Shown: in pieces, positions 24,087-37,658 of the stretch
How positions within the stretch are numbered: the stretch's first letter is position 1
Layout of the letters: each line of letters starts with the position of its first letter
Assembly: GCA_951406725.2 (NCBI GenBank)
Contig: OX597825.1
Coordinates: 48,918,001-48,982,000, forward strand
DNA length: 64,000 nt
Direction of reading: 5' to 3'
Source: Octopus vulgaris
Lineage: Eukaryota
Program-made: the position numbers and the translations under genes
Notes under the pieces: model-generated
Told to the model about the DNA's origin: nothing
What the model saw: only the letters and a program-made list of their open reading frames with translations
Database searches by the model: none

Positions 24087-26389
24087 ACATACGTGCGTGT
24101 GTGTGTGTATTACACATCTATACCGATGTAGCATTTTCTGGTTTGCTTGCTTTTTGGTTTCGTTAATTATAACGTTAAAAACCTATACATTTTTCTAGTT
24201 GTTGTTTCTTTGCTCCAACTCAACCTTGATCAACCAGCTTTACAACCATGGTAATCTCAAAATGTTCTCATTTGTAGTATAGTACCCCAGACATCAGTAT
24301 TAATGTTAATATTACTGCAAAATGTGAAAGATCCGACTGCAGCTGTTCTATCGACCAATATCTGACGTGTCTGTACGTCAAATACCAATATCCTTGTATC
24401 AATAGATTTATTCACATCTGTTCTGTACTGGTGATTGGCTTACTTTGTCTAGTCCGCTGGACACAGATAGACCCAAATGCATCTTGAACATGTTCGGTTG
24501 TTTATGACTCCAGCATGTTCATACCTGCATCATTTATCCACATCTAGCAATGACTCTGTACCATCTGGAACACTACTAGACTAAGAACATTTACAAATTG
24601 TACATAATCTGCTACATGATAATTCTGCAGGAACAGTCTGTTTTCTTAAAGAAAACTCAAACTCTTCGTGTCAATGTCCGCAAACGCTCTCATACTCTTA
24701 ATCCACATATTCTTTACAAAAAATCTATAGAAAGTGAGGTTTGAATTTCCACACACTAAGCTGTCTAGCAGTTAACGTAGTCTAGCACTAAGCGATCCAG
24801 CGCTAAGCGGTATAACAGATGTCAAATGCTCCTGACATTTTTAGTATTCATAAATACGTAAATCCTTTCACATTCCAGAAAAAGATACACTCCTCACACA
24901 TGAAAAGTGTGTCTGTTGGGAAGCAATTGTTCCACACAGTCACCGTTTCTTCAGCTTCACTATTAGATTCAATCGTAAGACCGGTAAAACTTCTATTCTT
25001 AACAATTTTCATTCTGTGCTGTTAACGTTGTCGTATGTGCATAAACGATTATACAATTGGCATTTTCAGGAAAGTCATTATTTGTTTATACCCTGCTTCT
25101 AAAAAGTGTCATACAGTTTTTCCTTGGTTATTTTTGTTTGTTTTGTGGGCATAAATTTGATTTTCAATTTTTCTTTCAAATCGCGTAGTTGACAAAGAAC
25201 ACCAACATTTCTTTGAAAAACAAAGCTTTTTTCTTGTCTAGAACTCCTTTAAAACTCTTTTAATTCGCATTTCTCTATATGCAAATAATTTTAAATATAT
25301 TATTATATGCTTATTGTACAATGTTATATGTCATTTTGGTAGAAAGGTTATCTTATACGGTACCAGAAAAGCATATAACCTGCTTTATTTTCCAATAGGG
25401 AAGAAATACCTTGTACTCGATATTTTCAAATGAAAAATAAAAATAAAATAATGAATTTAAATATTTGTTATCGTTCATGAAAATCTCTTTACATCCATTG
25501 TGATAAAATCATTGTTTTAAAGGAATTTTTTCAAGGATATAACAGAATATTTCAAACGGTTTTAAATATCTCTAGATGAAGAAAGCTACAAGAGAAGAAA
25601 ATATTTTAAATTGAAATTAAACAAAATGCACTTTTCAGAAGATTGAAAGAAACATCTTAGTTCTATGATACTTTCCTTGAATAATTCCTTATTGTTTGCC
25701 TTTTCTCAATAAACGTTTGTTTTCAATACCAGAGTAAATTGTATTTTTAATTGTTATAGTCATTTCCAGTTGAAACGTAAATAAACTTACAACGGCAAAC
25801 CATACAGTTTATTACTTTTAACTCGCTTCATTTAACAAATGGAGATCAAAACTTATAGCGACGTGAAGATTCGCAGTAAATCCATTAAAATCTTTTCATT
25901 CATTTTGGTAAGAAATCTCTGGAAATCACACCATGCAGAAAAATAAATTAGTTCAAAATAGCAGTATAAAGTAATTGTTTTCATTTTTTATATTTCCGGT
26001 CGAATGTTTTTATAAGATCTAAATCTACATTAAACTGTCTATGCTAACATTTAAGTAGGTGTACACAGTCGACTAAGTTTATCTGTAAGGAATCAGTAAG
26101 CCACGACAACAAATCTAATCTGGCTGAACGAACTTGATTAATCCTAGCATCTCATTATTTAAATGATCAGCACTCGAAGATTGTTGGCAGTGATATTTAT
26201 AGTTTTAGTATAAATTTATATAATAAATAGCAAAAACGAACAGAACTAAGAACATAATAGTCATAATACACAGTTATAGAATAAACACTGATTTAAAAAA
26301 AACAGTAAAAATAGTAACTAATAACAAATAATAACGTAAAACAATAATGATAAAAATCGAAATTCGTTAATTGCCCAAGTACAATAGAG

Positions 26390-26600
26390 CAGTGTTTCTC
26401 TTTGGGAAAATGGTAAATACTCTTTGGGAAAATGGTAAATACTCCTCGGGACAAAAATTGCCAATTTTGGTGACGAAAGGGAAGTTATAGAGAAGCAAAA
26501 TCTAATTTTCTTATCTCGTTAATAAAGAAGAGGTGGATTGTACCAAATTTCGCAAAGAACTTTTGGAGCGATCTTGCTGTTCTCTGTTTCAAGCCCACTG
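26390..26600. mobile_element. Possible hAT-type MITE
   Basis: Begins cagtgtttctc and ends cactg. Internal 22-bp tandem duplication ctctttgggaaaatggtaaata. No clear 8-bp TSD. Confidence 0.4.
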
Positions 26601-26817
26601 CTCTAATTAAAAAAATATTTTTCGTTATAAATATTTAATATAAGTTTAAATGACAATGTAAAGATAAGAATGATTGCACACACATTCACACACACACATC
26701 ATTATCAATGGACCTAATCATAATTATTATACATATTAATCATATTATTATACATATTAATCATAATCCGTATCCTTAGTGACCTGCATGTTAAAAGAAA
26801 CAACGTTTTTTCCGTTC

Positions 26818-26983
26818 ATTTCGTCTGTCTTTACGTTCTGAGCTGAAATTCCGCCGAAGTCGACTTTGCCTTTCATCCTTTAGGAGTCGATAAATTAAGT
26901 ACCAGTTGCGTACTGGAGTCGATATAATCGACTGACCTCCTCTACTAAAATTTCGGACCTTATGCTTAGAGTAGAAAAGAATA
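26818..26983 (+). mobile_element. SINE family A, headless copy
   Basis: gtcgactttgcctttcatcctttaggagtcgataaattaagtaccag core shared with the copies at 49045 and 51802; resembles the Meta/Ceph-SINE central domain. Confidence 0.85.
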
Positions 26984-27974
26984 TTTTTCTCGTTCTGTTA
27001 ACCTCATCTCTTCCATTATTTTCCTTCTAGTTCATTCCTTGATGTGGCTCAGCTACCCATTTCATGTCTTTAGATCTCCCTTTTGCTAGAAGTTTGTCTA
27101 TATATTACCATAGTGATAAGATGTCACTGTATCATGCCTTACTTAATGATGATGATAATGATAATGAACAACAACAATAGCACACACTTATTTACTTCAA
27201 TGACAATGCAAAGGGATTGCAGAAACTGTGAGTTGTTTACATAAAATCGAGAACAGCCAATGAAATAAGAAGTCTACAAGTATAGAAACACATGTAAGAT
27301 ATAGGAGGGCTTTACATCACAGAAAAGGTGAGAGATGACATTCCTGGCGGTACTAAATGTGTGACAAAATGCTTAAACACTTTCGAGATGTAACCGTGGA
27401 ATTTGATCATCGAGCAAATATTGCTGTTTTGCTGTGATCCAGTCTTTGTAGATGGGAGCAACACTGGATGCTTTCAGGATAGTTTCTATGTATCGGAGGT
27501 GACCTTCTTTATATCATTCGACTTTTTCAAATCTATCAAGCATTCATGTTTCGTACTCTCTTTTCCTGTGATGGCGAAGTTGACGTGAGGGAATCTGTTG
27601 GGAGATTGTTCTCATTTGTATTTCCCGGATCAAACCACTAGTTGCAAGTGCCAATCACTTTGTTAATATCTCAACCACAACCTTAAATGAGCCGGAATTT
27701 GTCACTAGCATCAGATTTTGTCATTGGTTCTTAGCAGTGCCTCTACGACACGGATCACAGAACTGGGAATTCTCCCGTTCTTTCAATTGTGGTTGATATT
27801 TACCAAAATGGAATCAGTTCCATGGTTTCTTAAATTTTTCTTTTGCCAGAAGTTTGTCCCAACATAACAGTGTTCTCCAGGGGTAAGGTGTCATGGTGAT
27901 ATTTTAAATGACCAAACTACTTTTAACAATTGACTGAGAACTAGGTGGCTCTCCTTCTTCCGCCAAACAGGATA

Positions 27975-29830
27975 AGTTTCCCCACGCTCGTTTTTAATCT
28001 CTTACTACTGGTTTGCAAGGTGTATGTGTGTGAGTTAAATACATTGATAGAGAAAGATAGGGAGAGAGAGAGAGAGAGAGAGAGAAGAGATGGGAAAGGC
28101 AGAAAGAGAAGGTTAGGAAGAACGAGATTATGCATACGTCATAAGGGGTTAATATAGGGTAAGTACATACTTCATAAGGGGTTAGCCGTCTATCTTAGGG
28201 AGCCACGCTGCATCTTCCATCTGAACACCTATTTCCATAATGACTCCTATTACTATACTACTCGCATCACAACATACGATTCCTTTTACTTTTTCGGGCA
28301 TATACCACCTGCCCTTGACCGGATCTTCCACCCTCACTCTCTTCAATATATCTCGCATCATTTGCAATTGTCTCCTCTCCTACTTTATTGCCCCTGTTCA
28401 GTTCTTCAGTTCGTCTCTTGATTTAGCTGTAGATAGACCGACTCGAGTTCAACAATTGTAGTCGCTCCTGTCATTCGTCTCCACTCCTGCAGGATTTCCC
28501 CACATACATCCGCTGCCCATATGGCAGGACTCTTACAAATCACAAAAGTCTAGCACCAGTCGGACTAGCCATCATCAACATCACAACGCTCGTCGTATCC
28601 TCTTCCCACAATATAAAAATACCCTCCTCTATACATATCTCTTGAACCCGTTCCTGACTTCTTTCAGTGTGTGCTCATAGCAACTCACATTGTTTCTCAG
28701 TTTGTGGGGCTCTTCTTTCCAAAAATACTCCACAGTCCATGCTTCACCATCGACCTCGGCAGGTTAGGAAGTCCTCATCTACACTCTTACCGACAGTATT
28801 CCTTCTTTCTGACGGGACCGGATCACTCGACTTTTTTCTCTGCTTCATTCCCACCACTACGTCGACGCTGTTCACTACCTTGTAGACTATAATCACCTGC
28901 AGCTTAATCGAAATCTCCTAAATCTCTTGCTCTAGTTCAGAGATGCCCCTACACATAAGCTCCCTGCCATTTACTGCAATGAGACTGGTGTTTCCTCTCC
29001 AGCTCTCAGCTATTCTTACAGTCACCAATGTTGTTATGCAACTCGTATCTACAGAGGCTCCCTTTTCCCCATCAGAATGAACAGTGGTGTGCCTTCATGC
29101 AGCCGTGTAGGGAATTAGAGACGACGCAGTAGTTCCCCTCTCCTCATTTCCCTATTTACAATAAGCTCGCTGTGCTCGGGCTGGGTACATCGGTAACATA
29201 CTGCTCCTGACACCTAAAACATGGTTCCTCAGCTAGCTGTCTAACTATACTCCTGTTTTTGCTAATTGCTACCTGCTTTTTCATCCTACTTACATCCACT
29301 GTCTCCGTCTCAGGTACATCGCTATTGTCGTTCCGTGTCAACACTCACATCTTATCTATCAGAGTTTCAACTGACATTATTTCGATATCTAGTTTGTGTT
29401 GCAACCCCACTGAGATGTGATCGTGGAATCCAATCACAGAAACCAGATTCACAATCCGCTACATTGCTGCTCCGGTGAACTTAGCTAACCCAGGTAATCT
29501 CATTTCACTTATATAGTTGTCAACTTACTCGCCTCTCTATTTTACTCTCCTAAGCTTGCTGTAGGTTTTGAATGCTTCCGTATAAGCGTCCTTCAGACAC
29601 GCTTCGATTTTTTCCACGTTCATCTCATCTGCTTTCTTCATTTCTAAATACAGATCCAGCTCATTTCTCTCTAAGTACAGGGGCATAAGAATACGCACAT
29701 CTTAGATGCTCAGCAATTTCACTACGAGTTTCGCCTTTTTTCATAGAGGCCACCACATCACCTTCCCTAGCAAACGATCTCGAATCGTCGTTACTGATTA
29801 TTTTCTAGGTAGTCATCGCGCGTGTCGGTG
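27975..29830 (-). mobile_element. Degraded Gypsy LTR retrotransposon (gag, protease, RNase H remnants)
   Basis: gag F..EGDVVA..KKAKLV..LMPLYLE..LYLEM..IEA.LKDAY (~29570-29780); protease-like SVDTSCITTLV (~29020-29060); RNase H VCCDASS..DAAWL (28182-28367). Confidence 0.8.
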
Positions 29831-31525
29831 GTACGAAGGCAGGAGGAAAGAGAAGAAAAGAAAATATGTATATCTCCACAAGTAAACGGCATGCCGAAAT
29901 AGCTATGTGCCGTAAGGCTAAACATAAGGTAGTTCTCACCTCGAGAAGAAATCGGTAAAATTATATTCAGACTTCGGATCGCAGGAACCAGTAGAACTCA
30001 GGGATTTGTATCCATACATGCATTCTACTCGAACATCTGATCAAAATGAACCACTCTTCTCAAAATGATACCTTCTGCACGTCTGTCGCACTCAGCGAAA
30101 AAAAAAGAAAAAGAAAATGCTTCTTCGCGTGATGTCCCTCCCCCTCGCTTTCGGTCCTGCTATCACTTTTGCTCCTGGTTTTCGGTGTCTCCCATCATTT
30201 CTCCACACTATTTGAGGTCTGCAATTGACGAAATAAATTCAATACCCACTTTTATGGACCACAGACGTAAAACCAATATTTTGATTAGGATACAATCAGT
30301 TTTATTTCAAGGAAATATTTATAAATTTGAAATGCTTTGTCATTTACTTTATATAATTAGGCAGAGAAAAGGAGTTTCGTGAAGATATGTCAGTGAGACG
30401 CACTTTAAATGCGGAAGTGGTATAGTCACTATGAAGTAAAATATCAGCATTGTTAATAAAGTTTAGTCTCAATCAAAAGAATACGGATGATAGGAAAAGG
30501 GTGAATAACATGGAAGTCGATACGTAAGTCAATATAAAAGATGTTGAAGGAAATAAAGCAAAAGTTATTCGGAAGCTCAGTATATTACGAAAGGTTATCC
30601 AGATGGAAACGGAAAAAAAGAATCAGAGAAAATCCACACCAAAATAAAAGTGTTCTATTTTCTGTTTCCGAGATTTAAGTATTTAATCAACCGAACAAAT
30701 TTAAGATAGCAGAAATACATGAAGAATTTTAGAATGAAAAGCTTCGATTCCATCACCTTTTCAAATAATATGAATTCATTCTGTTTATAGAAGCGGAGGT
30801 GCGCTTGAAAAAAAAAAATCTTTTAATTATATATCCGCTATTGAGTTAGAAACCTTTTTTCTCTCTTTTTTTAATTATTCGCATTCATTTAATGGAGAAA
30901 TCAACAACCTGTGTTATGTTGTAAATTAGATCAAACGGATTTAAATTTTCAAATTAATTCACATATACTATGTAGTGCTTTTACACTAAAAATGTTTTAT
31001 AGTGAAACAACAACCAAAAATGAAATAAATGAATGTTGCAAAGATCAAACACGATAAAAAATAAATGATAAACATATTTTTAATATCTTTAATAGAGAAT
31101 GCATTCTGTGTTAGTAGTATTAAATACTACTTAATTTAGTTGTAGTTTCACAAAATAACAACTATGAAAAGATGACTTTTAAATCTCATCATAAATGATT
31201 CGATTTGATTTTATGGGTTTTTTTAAAATGAAAATTGCACGATCTAATTACCTGCCGGGCAACAGCAACAATTTTCTATTTCGGTGTGAGGGCACATATA
31301 TATATCGATTTGTTAGGGTTTGTTGAAATTCTAGTAAAGAAATACAACTTCTACATGATCACCTGTCTTATTAGAAGCTATATCACACACATATAAACAC
31401 ATAAATGGCTACGAAATTGCACACTACAGCAAGTACAACCTTTTATTTCCTTACAAGGAAAAATAACTTTGCTAAATTTAGAAATTAGTTGCAAGCTTAG
31501 GCATGCACAAATAATTATGCATGTA

Positions 31526-31582
<57 letters not shown>

Positions 31583-31774
31583 GACTGTCAGTATGTCTGT
31601 CTGTCTCACCGTACACATTCACACACACACTCTCTCTCCTCCCTCTCCCCCGCTCTCTTCCTCGCTCTCTCCCTCTCTCCCCCTCTCTCCCCTTTCTCTC
31701 CCTTTTCTCTCCCTCTCTCTCTTGCACGCATACGCATGCCTCCACCGAAACCTGTGTTTGTATTTATATATGTA

Positions 31775-33069
31775 CTAGTAGAGATACCCGGCGTTACCCG
31801 GTTACATTCAATCAAAGAATTAGACTTTTCTTTTATATTTTCTGTAATGAATTGGAATATCTATGTTTCGAATTTCATCAAAATTGCAGATGAGTGTTAT
31901 TTCCCTCTTTATACACCCTAAAAAAGTTATAATCGTGCCACATGTATCCCATACTACTGATGTTTATGCGCATATTTTAAAATTCTAGTCATATTGAACC
32001 TGTTAAAAAGATTTTGCTCCTGAAAAATGAAAGTCATGGAGCTCTAAAATGCGAGAGCTAAGGCCCCTCCCTGTTGGGGGTGGGCATCTCAATGTCAACC
32101 AGAGAAGTTGAATTGTTGAGAATCTTTTTAACTTGGGTCTTATATCTATTGTTTAAATTTCTTTGAAATAGGAAATATATTTTTACTGGGTTTGTAAAAG
32201 AGAGTAAAGCTACAGGAAACCAAAAGACGAATGATCATAATAATCAGGCAGTTACCCTACCCTAGTCGGTACCACTCCCGATGTAGGATTCCTCATCATG
32301 CAGGTGACAGGCACAGTCGTAAGATGCATTACGAATCTATAGCAATTGGAAGGGCGTGATCCAATCGAAATCAACACTAATAACTGTGTAACGTGAGGGC
32401 TAAGGAAAAATCAAAGTGTCACCTCTGGAGTTTGCAAATGACCACTATACTGATACGTAACGGGACAGAATATATTTACAATCTATAAATGTCTCTGAAT
32501 AACCGGTCACACATCTGGGAAGGCCTTGAAATCAATGTTACCATCTGGGAACTATGTGTGACCCAGTGATAATAAAAAGACTGAAAGGAGGTCTGCAATC
32601 AAATAACTTTGCAACTGAATCAGTGGAGGCAAAGATGCCTCTCATTTACTTGACAATTTATGCAGCACATTGCAGAAATCACAATGTAAGTGTAAGTCAA
32701 AGCAAAGTCTTACACTGTTGTACCATTGAATTAGAAATAATGCTCAACTTTTATGCTCGGGTAACTCTACAGCTTCCAAGAGCACAACTGTATTCGATTT
32801 TGCTTAGATAAAATGACAAAATTGTGGGTGTTAAGTCCACATGGCGGGGTCTTTCTAACTTGTAAGAAGATGAAATTTTATAAATATTTCTTCATTTGTG
32901 TCTAATATCTTTGGTTAAAATTTTATCAACAGCAAAAATATATGAATTGTCATGAGGGATATGGCCCTTATGCATAGAATATAATTTCCAAATTTCATAA
33001 AGATCCATCCTAGTTTTGGATCATAAGAGAAATAACTAAAATTTGGGAGCTAAGGCTCCAATTAGGGTG

Positions 33070-33142
<73 letters not shown>
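31775..33142 (-). mobile_element. Non-autonomous Helitron-like element
   Basis: Minus 3' end ccgggtaacgccgggtatctctaCTAG|T (GC hairpin plus CTAG). Likely 5' TC(TA)n start at ~33142. Internal aatttcat..aaa.at motifs are typical of such elements. Confidence 0.65.
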
Positions 33143-33169
33143 TAGATAGATATAGATATAGCTATATAT

Positions 33170-33450
33170 ATATACACACACACATACAAAGATAAATTGA
33201 TAGATACAACTGAGTGGGCAAACAAAAACTTGAGACTCAGCCTAGTGCTTTTTTATGTTAATAAGCCTGGTACTTATTCTATTAGTTTGTTCTTGTGAAA
33301 CCAGTAAGTTATGTGGATGTAAATAAATGAACAGCAGTTGTGAAGCAGTGATGAGGGAGAAACACAAAGACACACACATAGACTTACCTATATACATACA
33401 TATATGTATGATTGATTTATTTCAGTTCCTGTCTACGAAATCCATATATA
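33170..33450 (-). repeat. SINE-derived ~280-bp unit duplicated at ~36425-36695
   Basis: caaagataaattgat.gatacaactgagtggg..gaaaccagtaagttatg..gtgaagcagtgatgagggagaaacacaaa occurs in both places. Confidence 0.85.
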
Positions 33451-33451
33451 T

Positions 33452-36275
33452 TGTTTTTGGCATCCTTTTTGTCTCGGGAGACAATGGAGTTGTGCATAAA
33501 ATAATCTAGTCAGGCTTTTACATTTCATGTCCTTATACATCTCCTGCTGTGGCTGTGTAGTCCTATCCTGGACAAACACTCCCTCTGGCAGGTGCCGCAA
33601 AAGTAGCGAAGACTTTGCCTGGCTGGTTGCAAAGTCATAGTTTCTTGTTGACGTATTTTCTTGTCGTTGCATTTCTCCTCTCTCTCTATATCACTCCTTT
33701 GTGTCGCCAATTTCCACATTTGCTGGCAACTGCTTTCCAGTTGGTAATGTTGATGTTGCAGGCATTCATGTCCCTTTTTCAAACATCCTTCTATCGTAAG
33801 AACGGTCTTTCCACAGACCTAGTACCCCTAGCAAGCTCTCCGTTGAGTATGTCCTTGCAGAAATCACTATGTAAGTGTATGTCAAAGCAAACTGTTACAC
33901 TGTTGTACCATTAAATTAGAAATAATGCTAAACGTTTATGATCGGGTAACCCTACAGCTTCCAAGAGCACAACTGTATTCGTTTTTGCTTAGATAAAATG
34001 ACAAAATTGTGGGTGTTAAGTCCCCATGGCTAACATGTCCAAGCCATCTCATACGTCTTTGTGTGAGGAGTGCAAACATGCTTCGTATTCTTGCTTGCAT
34101 GAGGACATCTTTGTTGGGAATATGATTCTGCCATTTGATGCGATGGATTTTCCGGAGGCAGCGCAGGTGAAAGATATTTAGGTGACGCTCTTGGCGTGTG
34201 TATTGCGTCCAAGTCTCACTTCCATACAGTAGAGTGCTAAGTACACATGCCTGGTAAATCTTCATTTTTGTATTCTTGGTCAGCTTATTGTTGTCCCATG
34301 CTCGTTTGGAGAGTTGAGTCATCACATCAGCTGCCTTGCCAATGCGTATATTGAGCTCAGCATCAAGGGATAGGTTGTAGGTGACGGTAGAGCCAAGATA
34401 GGTAAACTTCTCCACCTCCTGTAGTCTGTGGTCTCCAATATGTATGTTTGGGATGTCCGATGTAGCCTGACCCATGATGTTGGTCTTCTTGAGGCTGAGA
34501 ACTAAGCCAAAGTTGATACATGCTTGCTCAAAACAGTTGATGAGCCTTTGTAGGGCTTCTTTTGTGTATGATACCAGAGCGGCATCATCAGCAAATAGCA
34601 TCTCCTTGATCAAGACGCTTCTGACTTTGGTCTTGGCACGCAGACGCGAGAGATTGAACAGTTTTCCATCACTTCCACTGTGCAGAAACACTCCATCATC
34701 TGATGTCTCAAAGGCATGTGACAGCAGCAGCGAGAAGATGCCAAATAATGTAGGAGCAAGGACACAACCTTGCTTTACCCCATTTTTTATTTGGAAGGCG
34801 GCTGATGTTGAATCATTGTGCTGTATGATGCCTTGCATATCATGGAAAGATTTGATGATCCTCAGCAGCTTTGGTAGACATCCGACTTTTTGGAGCAAGA
34901 TGAAGAGGCCTTTTCTACTTGCCAAGTCAAGGCCTTTGTCAGATCAATGAAGGCCATATATAATGACATTTTATGCTTTCTGAGCTTCTCCTGAAGTTGG
35001 TGTATGGAGAATATCATGTCAATAGTTGATCTGCTTCTTCTAAAGCCACACTGTGGTTCTAGATAAATTCGAGAAGCAAGCAGTTGCAGCCTGGACAGGA
35101 TAATACGAGCAAAAGCCTTTCCAACAGTGCTTAGAAGAGATATTCCACGGTAATTGTTGCAATCACCATGATCACCTTTGTTTTTGTAAAGCGTAATGAT
35201 GTTAGCATCCCGCATAACCCGAGGGTCTGTACCCTCTTCTCAGCACTGCCACAGAAGCTCACGAAGGTGCCGAAGCAGAACGGTGTTTTGTCGGTTTTGA
35301 TGATCTCTTTTCCTGGAGCCTTGTTACTTGCTAAGGAGCCAACAGCCTTGGTGAGCTCTGCTATAGATAGCAGACTGTCAAGTTCGCACATCACTGGCAA
35401 TATCTTGACACCCTCGATTGCAGCCTCAGCTACCGTGGTCTCCCGTGAGTAGAGATCCTGGTAGTACTCCACCCATCTATCCAATTGCTTGCTTTGGTCC
35501 TTGATGAGATCTCCAGTAGTTGATTTCAGAGGGGCTGACTTCGTTACGGATTGACCGAGGGCCTTCTTCAAACCAGCATACATCCCACGGGTGTCGCCAC
35601 TGTCAGCAGCTGACTGGCTACTCTGACAGATTTCCTGCCAATACCTATTTGCACAGCGTCTGGCAGTCAGTTGGGTTTTATTTCTTGCCTTTCTGAGTTC
35701 TTCGAGTGATTTGTAGAAGAATCCCTCTTGTATTGCATCAGAGCTGCACACTTTGCTTCGATAACTGTTTCCAGCTCTGAGAGCCCAGTATTAAACCAAT
35801 CTGGGTTTTGCCTTTCTCTCATGCGGAAAGTATCTATTGATGTGGTATACAAAGCTTCCCTGATATAATTCCACCTCCTTTCAGCAGAGGATGTTGGGCA
35901 GCTACTGAGGGCAACTTTGATAGAATCAGCAAAACATTGTCGGAGGCAGGGTCCAAGGTTCTGGCAGTATTAATGGTCGGCCCATTTTCTTGGAGTGATG
36001 GACATTTTAAGGCAGAATTCTCACCCTGCATCTTATTAGTGAATGATCTGTGTCACAATCTGCGCTGTGGTAACTACGGGTCAGTTGAACAGAATTTAGA
36101 AAGGATCTTCGTGTAATGATGAGATCCAAGTGATGCCAGTGGTGAGATCTTGGATGTCTCCAAGATGCCTTGTAGGATGTCTTGTTGGCGAAGAATGGTT
36201 AGTGATGCACAGGTTATGGTATGTGCAAAATTCAACTAGTCTCTGACCATTGTCATTCATGTTGCCAATACCAAA
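33452..36275 (-). mobile_element. RTE (BovB-like) LINE, 5'-truncated, multiply frameshifted
   Basis: FGIGNMNDNGQRL (EN); YKNKGD..NYRGISLLS, QCGFR, FIDLTKA, GVKQGCVLAPTLF, LFADDAAL, LLYGSETW, RWLGHV; C-terminal C..C..SRIGLHSH zinc finger. Confidence 0.95.
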
Positions 36276-36341
36276 ACATATACACTTACATATATACATA
36301 GATATATATACGATTGATTTGTTTCAGTTCCTATCTACAAA

Positions 36342-36385
<44 letters not shown>

Positions 36386-36695
36386 GTATATATATATATG
36401 TATGTGTGTGTGTGTGTGTATGTATACACACATACACACAAAGATAAATTGATTGATACAACTGAGTGGGGAGACAAAAATATGAGACACTGCGTAGTGC
36501 TTTTTTATATTTTGATAAGCCTGGTACTTATTCGATCAGTTTCTTCTTGTGAAACCAGTAAGTTATGGGGATGTAAATAAACGAATACCAGTTGTGAAGC
36601 AGTGATGAGGGAGAAACACAAACACACACACATAGACTTACATATATACATATACATACAATTGATTTCTTTCAGTTTCAGTCTACAAAATCCAT

Positions 36696-36805
36696 TTACA
36701 ATGCTTTGGTTGGCCTGAGGCTATAGCAGAAGACACACAGCGGGACTGAACTGAGGACCATGTGTTTAGGAACGAAGTTTGTTACCACACAGCCACACCT
36801 GCACC
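36696..36805 (-). mobile_element. SINE family B head
   Basis: Reverse complement of ggtgtggctgtgtggtaac..catggtcctcagttcagtccc..ctatagcctcagg; continues into the unit at 36425-36695. Confidence 0.75.
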
Positions 36806-37055
36806 TATGTGTGTGTGTATGGGTGTATATATGTATGTATGTATATATGTGTATATATATATATGTGTACATATTACATGTACATCTATATATATATATA
36901 TACATCTAGACATACATGTATATACATACATGTATATCTATAGAAATACATCTATACATATACAGCAATATATATACATGTATATGTATATATATATATA
37001 TATACATCCATATATATACATGTATATATATACATGTATATATACATGTATATAT

Positions 37056-37116
<61 letters not shown>

Positions 37117-37267
37117 CATATATATATATACATCCATATATATACAATAGAGAGATGTTTTTGTTTCACTTTTAACACGTAAAACTGAAATAGTGGAGAA
37201 GTATGATATTGCCGTGGGCAAGTTTTAGGGAAACAGACAGAGAGACAGACACACATTCTCAGTTTTA

Positions 37268-37658
37268 GGCTGTGTGGTAAGTAGCTTGCTTACGAACCAC
37301 ATGGTTCCGGGTTCAGTCCCAGTGCGTGGCACCTTCGGCAAGTGTCTTCTGCTATAGCCTTGGGCTGACCAAAGCCTTGTGAGTGGATTTGGTAGACGGA
37401 AACTGAAAGAAGCCTGTCGTATATGTGTGTATGTGTGTGTGTTTGTGTGTCTGTGTTTGTCCCACCAACATCGCTTGACAACCGATGCTGGTGTGTTTAC
37501 GTTCCCGTAACTTAGCGGTTCGGCCAAATAGACCGATATAATAAGTACTAGGCTTACAAAGTATAAGTCCTGGGGATCAATTTGCTCGACTAAAGGCGGT
37601 GCTCCAGAATGGCCACAGTCAAATGACTGAAACAAGTAAAAGAGTGAAAGAGTATAGA
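37268..37658 (+). mobile_element. Near full-length tRNA-derived SINE family B (CORE-like)
   Basis: A/B-box-like ggctgtgtggtaag..gggttcagtccc; ggcaccttcggcaagtgtcttct core; internal (GT)n; tail ggcggtgctccag..aatgactgaaacaagtaaaagag. Confidence 0.9.

Noticed and set aside
24200-25100. Possible host exon or decayed transposase (also 56500-57650)
   Set aside because: No sustained ORF, recognisable domain or convincing splice pair.
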